Positions 9,141-18,565 of a stretch of DNA of 60,130 nucleotides are shown piece by piece. A model generated the notes under the pieces. It did not search any database and was not told the DNA's origin. It saw only the letters and a program-made list of their open reading frames with translations. Numbering within the stretch: the stretch's first letter is position 1; the number at the start of each line of letters is the position of its first letter. Source of the stretch: Clostridiales bacterium UBA1740 (GTDB lineage: Bacteria > Bacillota > Clostridia > Oscillospirales > CAG-272); NCBI GenBank assembly GCA_002315715.1, contig DCHY01000035.1, positions 1 through 60,130 of the forward strand. The letters run 5' to 3'. The position numbers and the translations under genes were made by a program.

Positions 9141-10081
9141 AAATCGAATCGTGGGACTTAAAACAACTGCATATTTCGTCTTCCGACGCCTTTCTTGAGG
9201 CTTCCGCGGAGGAGCTTCGCGCCCTGCTTTGCCTTTTGGAAACGGAAGGAAAAGCCGGCGTTGATCAAATCGCGAAAGCCGCCGGTATCAGCAAAGCCCG
9301 GGCGAAAAGCGCCATGGCTTTTTGGTCTGTGGCACTCGAAACGCCAAAGGCGGAAACCACCGTCGTGGACGAGTTTGCCTACCGTCTTCGCGCATCGGAA
9401 CTCGACGAGATGACGCGCAAGGAAACCGCCGACGTGATTCGCGACAACGCCCTTTCCGCCCTCTATGAAGAGTGTGCGGCGATACTCGGCAAACCCATGC
9501 TGAACGATACCGAGATTCGCGACATCGCGGCGCTGTACGCACAGTACGCGCTCAGTGAAGAATACATCGTCACCCTCTTGACCGATATGGCAAAGCGCTC
9601 CCGCGTTACCGTGAGAACCTTCGTCAATCAAGCCATCAAACTCCACGAAAAAGGCATTACGACGATAGAACTTCTCTCGGATTATTTTGAGGGACGGGAG
9701 AACCAAGGGGAATGGGAAAGACAGATGCGCAAAGTCCTCGGCATTTACAGCCGCGCCTTGACCTCCGACGAAAAGACCTGCTTCCGCAAATGGGTGGAAC
9801 TTTTCGGATACGGCGAGGACGTGATGACTTTGGCGTATGATAAAACCGTCAAGGGAAGCGGCAAATATTCTCTTGCCTATATGGATAAAATTCTAACCGA
9901 TTGGTATCAAAACAAATGTACGACCAAGGAAGCTTGCGAGGCTTACGCCGCGGCAAGCCATCCCGCCTACACCGAGAAAAAAAGCAAAAAAGAAAAGCCC
10001 CGTTATGGGAACTTCGATCCCGACGAAGCGTTTAAGAATGCCCTCAGCCGCAGCATGGGCGAACCCGTCAATAAAGGATAA
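9137..10081 (+). CDS. DnaD-domain replication initiation / helicase-loading protein
   Basis: ATG at 9137 overlaps the rex stop (ATGA). C-terminal DnaD-like repeat signature (YSLAYMDKILTDWYQNKCTT). Followed by a DnaI/DnaC-like ATPase. Confidence 0.7.
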   Translation: MKIESWDLKQLHISSSDAFLEASAEELRALLCLLETEGKAGVDQIAKAAGISKARAKSAMAFWSVALETPKAETTVVDEFAYRLRASELDEMTRKETADVIRDNALSALYEECAAILGKPMLNDTEIRDIAALYAQYALSEEYIVTLLTDMAKRSRVTVRTFVNQAIKLHEKGITTIELLSDYFEGRENQGEWERQMRKVLGIYSRALTSDEKTCFRKWVELFGYGEDVMTLAYDKTVKGSGKYSLAYMDKILTDWYQNKCTTKEACEAYAAASHPAYTEKKSKKEKPRYGNFDPDEAFKNALSRSMGEPVNKG

Positions 10082-10092
10082 GAGGTGTTTTT

Positions 10093-11046
10093 ATGGTAAA
10101 CGTCAATACATACGCTAAAGTGAGAGATATGATAGAGGCGCGCCGCCTTGCCGCCGTCGGTGAAGCCGACAGAAGAAACGCCGAGGTGCGTTTGGCATCG
10201 CCGGAAATCGCGCGCATCGACGACGAACTCTCCAAGACGGGACTGCATCTTTTCCGTGCGGCACTCGCCGGAGAAGATATCAACCCGATTCGTGAGCGCA
10301 ATCAGGCGCTCTGCCGCGAGAGGGAGAATCTGCTCGTTTCTCTCGGCTATCCCCGCGACTACACCGACGTGCATTACACCTGCAAAAAATGCAACGATAC
10401 GGGATTTACCGAGACCGAGATGTGCTCTTGTATGCGCAAGGCGATCATCACCGAAAACATCAAAGCGTCCGGCATCGGCGATTTGATTGAAAAACAGAGT
10501 TTTGACAACTTTAATCTTGAGTCCTACCGCAAAGACGGCGAAGAAACCTACCGCCGCATGAATACCGTCTTTCTGAGAGCAAAAACCTTTGCCGAAAACT
10601 TCGGCAAAATGCACGGCAATTTGTTGTTCGTCGGTCCGACCGGCACCGGCAAAACGCACCTTTCGACGGCAGTTGCCAAGTGCGTCATCGACGCCGGATA
10701 CAGCGTCATTTACGATTCGACGCAGAACATTATTTCGACTTTCGAGGACGACAAATTCCACTCGGGATTCGGGGAAGCGGCAAACGAGAGCCGCAAGTAT
10801 TTGGAGTGCGACCTTTTGATTTTGGATGACCTCGGCACCGAGTACGCCACCCCGTTTGCGGTGTCTTGCCTTTACAATCTTTTGAACACCCGTCACAATA
10901 AGGGACTGTCGACGGTGATTTCGACCAATTTGTCGGCAAACGAGCTGACCAAGCGTTACGAAGACCGTATTTATTCCCGCATCGTCGGTTCCGATTATCT
11001 GCTCTTGCCTTTCGCCGGGCACGACCACCGTCTGTCGCTTTCATGA
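10093..11046 (+). CDS. DnaI/DnaC-like AAA+ helicase loader
   Basis: Zn-ribbon-like CKKCNDTGF...CSC, Walker A GPTGTGKTHL, Walker B LILDDLG. Confidence 0.8.
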   Translation: MVNVNTYAKVRDMIEARRLAAVGEADRRNAEVRLASPEIARIDDELSKTGLHLFRAALAGEDINPIRERNQALCRERENLLVSLGYPRDYTDVHYTCKKCNDTGFTETEMCSCMRKAIITENIKASGIGDLIEKQSFDNFNLESYRKDGEETYRRMNTVFLRAKTFAENFGKMHGNLLFVGPTGTGKTHLSTAVAKCVIDAGYSVIYDSTQNIISTFEDDKFHSGFGEAANESRKYLECDLLILDDLGTEYATPFAVSCLYNLLNTRHNKGLSTVISTNLSANELTKRYEDRIYSRIVGSDYLLLPFAGHDHRLSLS

Positions 11047-12032
11047 AAATAGGAGATACCGTTCTTCCCTACGGGTTGATCTTGGCACCGATGGCGGGAT
11101 TTACCGACCGCGCCATGCGGCAAATTTGCCACGACTTCGGTGCGGAGTATACCGTGACGGAAATGATCAGCGCCAAGGCACTGACCATGAAAGATAAAAA
11201 AACGCAGGTTCTTTCTTTTATCGGACAAGAGGAAGGCCCGACTGCCGTTCAACTGTTCGGTTCGGACGCCGACGTGTTGGCAACGGCGGCAGCCATCGTG
11301 GAAAACGGGGAAAAAGGCGGCAAAGCGCCCGTCGCTATCGATATCAACATGGGCTGTCCCGTGCAAAAGATTTTCGGCAACGGCGAGGGCTCCGCTCTGA
11401 TGAAAGACCCCGAAAAAATTTATAAAATCGTCAAAGCCGTTTCCGCAAAAACGTCCCTTCCCGTGACGGTCAAACTCCGCGCCGGCATCACCAAGGCGAC
11501 GGCAAACGCCGTCGAATGTGCACAGGCGGCGGCAGAGGGCGGCGCCTCCATGATTGCCGTACACGGGCGTACGAGAGAAGAACAATACAGCGGAATTGCT
11601 AACTTAGAGTTTGCAAAATCCGTCAAAAAGACCGTTTCCGTTCCCGTCGTCGCCAGCGGAGACGTCGTCGATGCCGCGAGCGCTTTGCGCATTCTTCGCG
11701 AAACGGGAGTCGACGGTTTGATGATAGGGCGCGGGGCACTCGGCAACCCTTTCGTCTTTGAAGAAATCAAAGCCGCCCTGTCGGGAAAGCCCTATACGCC
11801 GCCTTCCGTGACGGAGAGAATACAGACGGCAAAACGGCAATATCTCTTGGCGGTTGCCGATAAAGGCGAAGACAGAGCCACAAGAGAAGCGCGCGGGCAA
11901 ATCGCGCTATACGTCAAAAGAATGAGAGGCGCTGCCGCCTTTCGCGCCGCGATTCAGTCGGCGAACAACAAAGAAGAAATCCTTTTCGCGTTAGACGACG
12001 TGGAAAGAGCATATAAGGAGAATTTACTATGA
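11043..12032 (+). CDS. dusB: tRNA-dihydrouridine synthase
   Basis: LAPMAGFTDRAMR, DINMGCP, HGRTREE motifs of the Dus family. ATGA overlap with the upstream gene. Confidence 0.9.
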   Translation: MKIGDTVLPYGLILAPMAGFTDRAMRQICHDFGAEYTVTEMISAKALTMKDKKTQVLSFIGQEEGPTAVQLFGSDADVLATAAAIVENGEKGGKAPVAIDINMGCPVQKIFGNGEGSALMKDPEKIYKIVKAVSAKTSLPVTVKLRAGITKATANAVECAQAAAEGGASMIAVHGRTREEQYSGIANLEFAKSVKKTVSVPVVASGDVVDAASALRILRETGVDGLMIGRGALGNPFVFEEIKAALSGKPYTPPSVTERIQTAKRQYLLAVADKGEDRATREARGQIALYVKRMRGAAAFRAAIQSANNKEEILFALDDVERAYKENLL

Positions 12033-12724
12033 TAGGCATTATCGGTGCGATGGACGTTGAGGTTAACAGCCTTTGCGACCGCATGACGGATAAAAAAACG
12101 GAAGTTATCAGCGGCATGACCTTTACTCTCGGAACGCTTTGCGGCGTGTCTTGCGTGATTGTCAAATGCGGCATCGGCAAAGTGGCGGCAGGCGTCATGA
12201 CGGAAGCCATGATTTTGCGCTATGCCCCCTCCCTTATCATCAATACCGGCGTCGGCGGCGCATTGGCGCCCGATTTGTCCATCGGAGATATCGTCATCGC
12301 CGACCGTGCGTTGCAGTACGATATGGATACTTCTCCCATCGGCGATCCCGTCGGTTTGATTTCCGGCATCAACAAGATTTTCTTTGACGCCGATAAGGAC
12401 GCCGCCGAAAGACTCGTGACGGCGGGAGAAAAACTCGGCTTTGCCGTCAAACGCGGTACCGTCGCCACCGGCGATAAGTTCGTCAGCGGCAAGAGCGAAA
12501 AAGCCAAGATTACGGGGCTCTTCCCCGACGCGGCAGTCTGCGAAATGGAGGGCGGTGCCATCGCCCACGCGGCATACTTGAACGGTACGCCTTTTGCCAT
12601 TGTCCGCGCCGTCTCGGACGTAGCGGACGAATCCTCACACATGGATTATCCCACCTTTGCCAAAATGGCGGCACAGCGCGGCGCCGAATTGCTTTTGACC
12701 TTTTTGTCGGGCTTAAGCGCCTAA
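12029..12724 (+). CDS. mtnN: 5'-methylthioadenosine / S-adenosylhomocysteine nucleosidase
   Basis: MIGIIGAMDVE, GIGKVAAG, CEMEGGAIAH motifs. 231 aa. Confidence 0.9.
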   Translation: MIGIIGAMDVEVNSLCDRMTDKKTEVISGMTFTLGTLCGVSCVIVKCGIGKVAAGVMTEAMILRYAPSLIINTGVGGALAPDLSIGDIVIADRALQYDMDTSPIGDPVGLISGINKIFFDADKDAAERLVTAGEKLGFAVKRGTVATGDKFVSGKSEKAKITGLFPDAAVCEMEGGAIAHAAYLNGTPFAIVRAVSDVADESSHMDYPTFAKMAAQRGAELLLTFLSGLSA

Positions 12725-12772
12725 AACATAATCCGAAAAAAGAACGCATAGAATGTTCCGGGGAGGCGTAAG

Positions 12773-13237
12773 ATGGAACTTTCTGTGCGTTCTTTTTATC
12801 GGGAAATCAAAGAGGACGGCTGCGTCTTGCTTCGCTTTGAGGGCGCGACGCTATCGGTGTCCGAAAGCAAGACCGCCCTCGCTTTCTACCGCGATTTGGA
12901 GGCAAAAACCATAGAGGCGGTCAATGAGATCGCAAAGACCGAAAAGCAGCGCTATGCCGCTTGCAGGGCGGCAAAGGAACGTTTTTCCTACCGCCCGATT
13001 TGTGTGCGCACTTCTTATGAAGCGGAACGGAAAGAGGGCGTTTGGCTTGTGAAAAGACAGGCGCAATTGCTTCGAAAAGGAAGACTTTTTGCGTCTTTTG
13101 AAGACGTCGACACTTGGCAGGAAGACGGCATCCTCATATATAAAAAAGAGCGAAAAAGAAAACAAAAGTTGTCAATTTCGCTCTGTTTTATGAAGTTTCT
13201 TCGGCATCTGCCCAGAATTTTTCGAAAAGCATCTTGA
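12773..13237 (+). CDS. Hypothetical protein (154 aa, basic C-terminus)
   Basis: ATG preceded by GGGAGG at 7-nt spacing. No family recognised. The 3' end overlaps the convergent helicase gene by 50 nt. Confidence 0.45.
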   Translation: MELSVRSFYREIKEDGCVLLRFEGATLSVSESKTALAFYRDLEAKTIEAVNEIAKTEKQRYAACRAAKERFSYRPICVRTSYEAERKEGVWLVKRQAQLLRKGRLFASFEDVDTWQEDGILIYKKERKRKQKLSISLCFMKFLRHLPRIFRKAS

Positions 13238-15572
13238 TGGCGCCGGGCTCGGAAACGAATTTCAAGCCGTGCCAAAGTTCGGGGATGGCTTTCTTATACA
13301 CGGGGTCGCGGAAGCGGTCGTCAACTAAGACGATGACGCCCCTGTCCGTCTCGTCACGAATCACGCGTCCTGCCGATTGGAGGACTTTATTCATGCCGGG
13401 ATATATATAAGCAAAAGCTTTGCCGGCTTCGAGTTTTTCGTCGTAGTAGGCACATATCGCTTCTCTCTCGTAGGAGATTTCGGGAAGACCGACCCCGACG
13501 ATGATACTGCCGATGAGGGCTTTGCCCGTCAAGTCAACCCCTTCCGAGAACAAACCGCCCATAACGCAAAAGCCGAGTAAATATCCCCCGTCTTCTTTCT
13601 CGAATTCTCCTAAGAAGGCGGATTTTTCTTTTTCGGTCATGCCGCGCTTTTGCATCACCGCTTTGATTTTCGGATACTTGGCGGTGAAGACGCGATAGAG
13701 CGTTTCGGCATAGGCGTATGACGGCGTAAACACCATGTAATGACCGCGCTTGGCGGAGAGCGTCGCCGCAATCACGCGAAGCACTTGGCCGAGCGTCTTT
13801 TCTCTCTCGGACATGCGGGTGCCGATGCTGTCGATGATGGTGACGGCGAGTTGTTCTTTGACGAAGGGCGAGGGGAGGGTTAGCGTCTCGTCGAGTCTTC
13901 CTCCGCCGAGGAGAGACTTGTAGTAAGAAATCGGGGACAGCGTTGCCGAGAAAAAGACGGCACAGCGCCCCTTGTCTATACGTTTGGCAAGTTGTTTTGC
14001 CGGGTCAAGGCAAAAGAGTTTGAAACGGAACGAGTCGCCTTCGCGGAACATGAACCATTCGTACCCTTCGTCAAAGGCGGCGGCAAATTTTTGAAATTTT
14101 GAAAATCGGTAATACAAAGTTTTGGCGGCAAAGACGCGGGCGTTTCCCGCTTGGGTTTTGTCGCCGTACGCGGCGAAGAGTTCTTTTTCCGCCGCCTCGG
14201 TCACCGAGAGCAAAAGCGGATAGAAAGAGGCGGGGAAGACTTTGCCGTGGGAAGCGCCGATGATGTTTCCCTCCCCGTCGGTTTTGGTATCGTTTTTGAG
14301 ATAGGAAAAGACGGTTCTCTTCATTTCGGCACAGGCGTCCGACAAGATTTGGCACAGCGGCGACAGTGCGGGGATTGCCTCGTCCTTGACAAAATCGTTT
14401 TCGGACAGTTCGTCGGAATAGAGAGAAAACGCACGTTCCGCCAAACCGTGTGCCTCGTCAATCAGAAAGATATAATCGCCGCCGCCCTCGAAAAATCGGT
14501 GAAAATAGACGACGGGATCAAATAGATAATTGTAGTCGCAAATGACAAGGTCCGCCAGCTGCGCATAGCACAAAGATAACTCGTATGGACAAACGCGAAA
14601 CAGTTTTGCCACTTGTTGCAAATGCTCGGAATCCACCACGGGCAAATGTTCGTTAAACAGCGAAAGAACGGCGTCTGCCATATGGTTATAACTCGAAAAT
14701 GCACATAAATCTTTACTTTTTCTGCACGTTAAGCCGCATTCGCACATTTTTTCTTTGGCGGTGACAACGACCGACAGAATATCGGCGCCGGCGTTTTTTA
14801 TCTGCAAAACGGTATTCGTTACCACTTTGGAAACGGTGGTTTTCGGCGTAAAATAGAAGATTTTTTCACCTTTCCCTTCCCCCATCGCGCGGACGGCGGG
14901 ATAGAGCGCCGAGACGGTTTTGCCGGTGCCGGTCGGCGCTTCGGCAAAGAGTTTTCCCTCGTGCAGAACGGCTTTATAAACGGCGCTCATCAAGGCGTCC
15001 TGCCCCTCGCGCACTTTCGGAAAAGGAAATCTTTGGGTGCGAAAAGAGGGCAGACGGTTTTTCGCCCGGTCGATGGCGGGGGCGGCGTATTTGGCAATGA
15101 CCGACAGGCACTTTTGCAAAAACGAAGCGAGCGCCGCCTCGGTCGGCGTTTCGGTTTTCGTCGCGACCGCGTCGTTTTCTTCTCTGTAAAACAGATACGT
15201 CAAAGACGGCACGCTGCCGCTTTTTTCTTTTTGCGCAAGGGCGCAAAGGAAAGCTTCTCCGCGCACTTGGGAGAGTTCTTCTTTCGAGGGCTTTTCGGGA
15301 TTTCTTACGGTCTTTCTCGCCATGCCGAGACCGCCCGGTATCATAAACGCTTCGCTCGAGATCTCAAAATGTAAATCGCCGACGTCGGCGTGAAGGGATA
15401 AAACCGCCGTTTCCATCGTGCCGAAAGAGCGGTGCAGTATCACGGTCGGAACGGCGCAAAAGGACGGTTCGTCTTCGTCAAGAGGGAGGCTTTCGGCAAT
15501 GCCGGAGCGCGCCGTTGCGATAAATTCTCTGCCGCTTAACAGAAAAACGTCTTTGTTTTCGTCGTATCGCAT
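13188..15572 (-). CDS. DinG/XPD (Rad3)-family ATP-dependent DNA helicase with an unassigned N-terminal domain of about 190 aa
   Basis: Walker A EAPTGTGKT, DEAH box LIDEAHGL, a Cys-rich insert (MCECGLTCRKSKDLC...VCPYE) in the Fe-S domain position, and a C-terminal helicase_C2-like region (GRVIRDETDRGVIVLVDDRF). ATG at 15572 is preceded by AGGAGGG. Confidence 0.8.
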   Translation of the reverse strand: MRYDENKDVFLLSGREFIATARSGIAESLPLDEDEPSFCAVPTVILHRSFGTMETAVLSLHADVGDLHFEISSEAFMIPGGLGMARKTVRNPEKPSKEELSQVRGEAFLCALAQKEKSGSVPSLTYLFYREENDAVATKTETPTEAALASFLQKCLSVIAKYAAPAIDRAKNRLPSFRTQRFPFPKVREGQDALMSAVYKAVLHEGKLFAEAPTGTGKTVSALYPAVRAMGEGKGEKIFYFTPKTTVSKVVTNTVLQIKNAGADILSVVVTAKEKMCECGLTCRKSKDLCAFSSYNHMADAVLSLFNEHLPVVDSEHLQQVAKLFRVCPYELSLCYAQLADLVICDYNYLFDPVVYFHRFFEGGGDYIFLIDEAHGLAERAFSLYSDELSENDFVKDEAIPALSPLCQILSDACAEMKRTVFSYLKNDTKTDGEGNIIGASHGKVFPASFYPLLLSVTEAAEKELFAAYGDKTQAGNARVFAAKTLYYRFSKFQKFAAAFDEGYEWFMFREGDSFRFKLFCLDPAKQLAKRIDKGRCAVFFSATLSPISYYKSLLGGGRLDETLTLPSPFVKEQLAVTIIDSIGTRMSEREKTLGQVLRVIAATLSAKRGHYMVFTPSYAYAETLYRVFTAKYPKIKAVMQKRGMTEKEKSAFLGEFEKEDGGYLLGFCVMGGLFSEGVDLTGKALIGSIIVGVGLPEISYEREAICAYYDEKLEAGKAFAYIYPGMNKVLQSAGRVIRDETDRGVIVLVDDRFRDPVYKKAIPELWHGLKFVSEPGAIKMLFEKFWADAEETS

Positions 15573-15644
15573 AAGGTCCCTCCTTTTCGTTTTTTTCATT
15601 ATACCAAAAATCGGATTTTGCGTCAACGGGGAGCAAAGAATTCG

Positions 15645-15673
15645 TTGACATTTCTTTTTTATTATGATAAAAT
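15645..15673 (+). promoter_or_regulatory. Sigma-A-type promoter (TTGACA-17-TAAAAT) for the HD-domain gene
   Basis: Hexamers read directly at 15645-15650 and 15668-15673 with a 17-nt spacer, 19 nt upstream of the ATG. Confidence 0.5.
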
Positions 15674-15691
15674 ATACGCGGAGGATTTCCC

Positions 15692-16201
15692 ATGCTGCAT
15701 GAAGAAGAAAAAAAGACCGTGTTAGCGTATCTTTCCCCGTATCTCGGAAACGAAGACGTTTTGAAAATGAAAGACTTTATCCAACACGGAACCGTCAGTA
15801 CATACGACCACGCACTGTCCGTCGCTTTTACCGCTTACGAAATGGCAAAGAAATACCGTGGCGTGAACATGGAAGAGTTGATGGCGGCGGCTTTTTTGCA
15901 CGACTTTTATCTTTACGATTGGCATGAGCCCGACAAGAGTCATAAATGGCACGGATTTCACCACGCCAAACGCGCGGCAGACAACGCCAAACGGGTTTTC
16001 GGCGTATCCGACGCGGTGTATCAAGCCATTTACGGACATATGTGGCCCTTAAATCCCGAACGTCCGCCCCTTTCCAAAATCGCTTGGATTTTGTTCCTTG
16101 CCGACAAACGCGTTTCTCTCAAAGAAACGATTGACGGTAAAAAACGAAAGGTCGCGGAAGAAATCGAAAAATTGGAAGAAAACGAACTCGTGACACAGTG
16201 A
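15692..16201 (+). CDS. HD-domain phosphohydrolase
   Basis: H...HD pattern (YDHALSVA ... AAFLHDFYLYDWH ... HGFHH). 169 aa. Confidence 0.7.
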   Translation: MLHEEEKKTVLAYLSPYLGNEDVLKMKDFIQHGTVSTYDHALSVAFTAYEMAKKYRGVNMEELMAAAFLHDFYLYDWHEPDKSHKWHGFHHAKRAADNAKRVFGVSDAVYQAIYGHMWPLNPERPPLSKIAWILFLADKRVSLKETIDGKKRKVAEEIEKLEENELVTQ

Positions 16202-16226
16202 TTGTCACCGTCAGAGAGGAAATATT

Positions 16227-16748
16227 ATGACATTCGGCGCATTTTTATCGGCTGCTTTTGAAAATCATGCACTGATCGTTGCCATTTCCGCCTTTTTGAT
16301 TGCTCAGTTTTGCAAATTCATCATTACGGGCATTACCCAACACTCCTTTTCACCGGAGCGTTTGAAAGGCGACGGCGGTATGCCGAGCGCGCATTCCGCG
16401 ACGGTCATGGCGCTTGCGACGGTCGTCGGATATTTGGAAGGTCTGGATTCCGTGGCGTTCGGCGTCTCCATGATTTTGGCGAGCGTCGTCATGCACGATG
16501 CCCTCGGTATTCGCCGAGAGGCAGGCAAACACGCCTCGTCCATCAACGAACTTGTCGATACGGTCAACGGTCTGTTGCCCGAAAAAAAGAAACTGACGCA
16601 GACGGAAAAACTCAAGGAGCTTCTCGGCCACAGTTTGATTCAGGTGGTGTGCGGCGGCGTTCTCGGTTTCTTGCTCGGTCTTGCTTATATCCTCATCCGT
16701 TTGGTTTGGATTGAGGGTTACACGGGTTTTCCCGGTCATTTGCTTTGA
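16227..16748 (+). CDS. Divergent PAP2 / DUF212 (YuiD-like) membrane protein
   Basis: GGMPSAHSATV motif and multiple TM helices. Confidence 0.75.
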   Translation: MTFGAFLSAAFENHALIVAISAFLIAQFCKFIITGITQHSFSPERLKGDGGMPSAHSATVMALATVVGYLEGLDSVAFGVSMILASVVMHDALGIRREAGKHASSINELVDTVNGLLPEKKKLTQTEKLKELLGHSLIQVVCGGVLGFLLGLAYILIRLVWIEGYTGFPGHLL

Positions 16749-16787
16749 TTATTTTATAATTGCGTGTTTACGCAGAAAGAGGATACT

Positions 16788-17993
16788 ATGAAAATTCTTA
16801 TCGTCAACGCCGGCAGTTCGTCGTTGAAGTTCCAGCTCATTGATATGGACAATGAGAAAGTCATCGCCAAAGGTATTTGCGAAGACGTAGGACGCGACAA
16901 CGCTTCCTTCACTTACAAAGTGCCCGGCAGAGACAACTACGTTGTGGCACAGCCTATGCCCACCCACGGCGAAGCCCTTCAGCTCGTTTTGGATACTCTT
17001 GTCGGCAAAGAGCACGGCGTCATCGCCTCGGTCGATGAAATCGGCGCTTGCGGTCACCGCGTCCTCCACGGCGGCGAAAAACTCTCCGGCTCCGTTCTCG
17101 TGACCGAAGAAGTCAAGAAAATCATTGATGAATGCAAGGACCTCGGTCCTCTCCATAACCCCGCAAACCTCAAGGGAATCGAAGAGTGCGAAAAACTGAT
17201 GAACGTGCCGCAGGTCGCCGTTTTCGACACCGGCTTCCATCAGACGATGCCCGATTACGCGTACATGTACGCACTTCCCTATGAATACTACGAGAAATAC
17301 AAGATTCGCCGTTACGGTTTCCACGGCACGAGCCACCGCTACGTCAGTGCCAGAGCCGCAGCCATGCTCGGCAAGAAGCCGGAAGAAGTCAACGTCGTTA
17401 CCTGCCATCTCGGCAACGGTGCGTCTTTGGCAGCTGTCAAGGGCGGCAAATGCTACGATACCACCATGGGCGTAACGCCGCTCGAAGGCATTATGATGGG
17501 TACCCGTTGCGGTAACATCGACCCGGCTATCATCCCTTATCTTATGAGAAAAGGCGAACTCAAGACTGCCGACGAAATCGACAACATGATGAACAAAAAG
17601 TCCGGTATGTTCGGCGTGACCGGCGGCATTTCCAACAACAGACAGATCGAACAGGGCGCCCGTGACGGCGACAAGAGATGCCAGCTCGTTGAAAAAATGT
17701 ATACGCACCAGTTGACCAAACTCATCGGCGGTTATATCGCTGCCATGGGCGGTGCCGACGCTATCGTCTTCACCGGCGGTATCGGCGAAAACAATCCTCA
17801 GTACAGATCCGCCGTAGCCGAGAAACTCGCATTCCTCGGTGTTGCCGTCGATGAAGAGAAGAACCACGTTCGCGGTCAGGAAATCGACATTTCCACCCCC
17901 GAATCCAAGATTCGTATGCTCGTCATCCCCACCGACGAAGAAATGGTGATTGCAAGAGATACTCTTGCCATCGTCAACGGTTTGAAGAAATAA
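16788..17993 (+). CDS. ackA: Acetate kinase
   Basis: MKILIVNAGSSSLKFQL N-terminus, RYGFHGTSH, FTGGIGEN motifs. The ATG at 16788 fits the family N-terminus better than the ORF start at 16764. Confidence 0.95.
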   Translation: MKILIVNAGSSSLKFQLIDMDNEKVIAKGICEDVGRDNASFTYKVPGRDNYVVAQPMPTHGEALQLVLDTLVGKEHGVIASVDEIGACGHRVLHGGEKLSGSVLVTEEVKKIIDECKDLGPLHNPANLKGIEECEKLMNVPQVAVFDTGFHQTMPDYAYMYALPYEYYEKYKIRRYGFHGTSHRYVSARAAAMLGKKPEEVNVVTCHLGNGASLAAVKGGKCYDTTMGVTPLEGIMMGTRCGNIDPAIIPYLMRKGELKTADEIDNMMNKKSGMFGVTGGISNNRQIEQGARDGDKRCQLVEKMYTHQLTKLIGGYIAAMGGADAIVFTGGIGENNPQYRSAVAEKLAFLGVAVDEEKNHVRGQEIDISTPESKIRMLVIPTDEEMVIARDTLAIVNGLKK

Positions 17994-18000
17994 GTTCCCA

Positions 18001-18032
18001 AAAGTCACGCGACGGCCTCGCGTGACTTTTTT
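18001..18032 (+). terminator. Rho-independent terminator after ackA
   Basis: GTCACGCG-ACGGCCT-CGCGTGAC stem followed by TTTTTT. Confidence 0.8.
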
Positions 18033-18049
18033 ACCCGGAGGATTTTCTT

Positions 18050-18553
18050 ATGTATGATGAATTGACTGCGGTCGACATCAAAAAAATGGAAGAGGAGATT
18101 CGGTACCGTCAGTGTGAACTCGGTCCGAAACTCTCCGCCGAACTGAAAAGAACCCGTGAATTCGGCGACCTTTCCGAAAACGCCGAATACAAAGAGGCAA
18201 AGCGCGAAAAGCGCCGCAACGAAGGGCGTATCCGTTACCTCGAAAATATGATAAGAACCGCCAATGTCATCGAAATCGAAGAGAGGGCGGACGCCGTCAG
18301 CCTTTTCGACTGGGTGACGATATACAACGAAATGCGCGAGGAAGAAAAGAAGATTCAAATCGTCACCACCTTAAGACAGGATGCCTTAAACGGCTTCGTC
18401 AGCAAGGAATCTCCCTTGGGCTCGGCGCTTCTCGGCAAAAAGACGGGGGACAGAGTGAAAGTCACTCTTTCCGAAACCAAGTCGTATTTCGTGCTGATTC
18501 GTGCCATTGAAAAAGGACAGGATAACGAAAACTTGCCCATCAGCGGCTATTGA
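18050..18553 (+). CDS. greA: Transcription elongation factor GreA (copy 1)
   Basis: Coiled-coil tip motif FGDLSENAEYKEAK, C-terminal globular domain (SKESPLGSALLGKKTGDRV). Confidence 0.9.
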   Translation: MYDELTAVDIKKMEEEIRYRQCELGPKLSAELKRTREFGDLSENAEYKEAKREKRRNEGRIRYLENMIRTANVIEIEERADAVSLFDWVTIYNEMREEEKKIQIVTTLRQDALNGFVSKESPLGSALLGKKTGDRVKVTLSETKSYFVLIRAIEKGQDNENLPISGY

Positions 18554-18565
18554 TCGGAGGATTTT

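Noticed and set aside
9137-11046. The DnaD-domain plus DnaC/DnaI-like ATPase pair as a remnant phage or plasmid replication module.
   Set aside because: It is embedded with ATGA overlaps in a housekeeping operon (rex upstream, dusB downstream), has host-like composition and has no other mobile genes nearby. This fits the chromosomal helicase-loading pair of Firmicutes.
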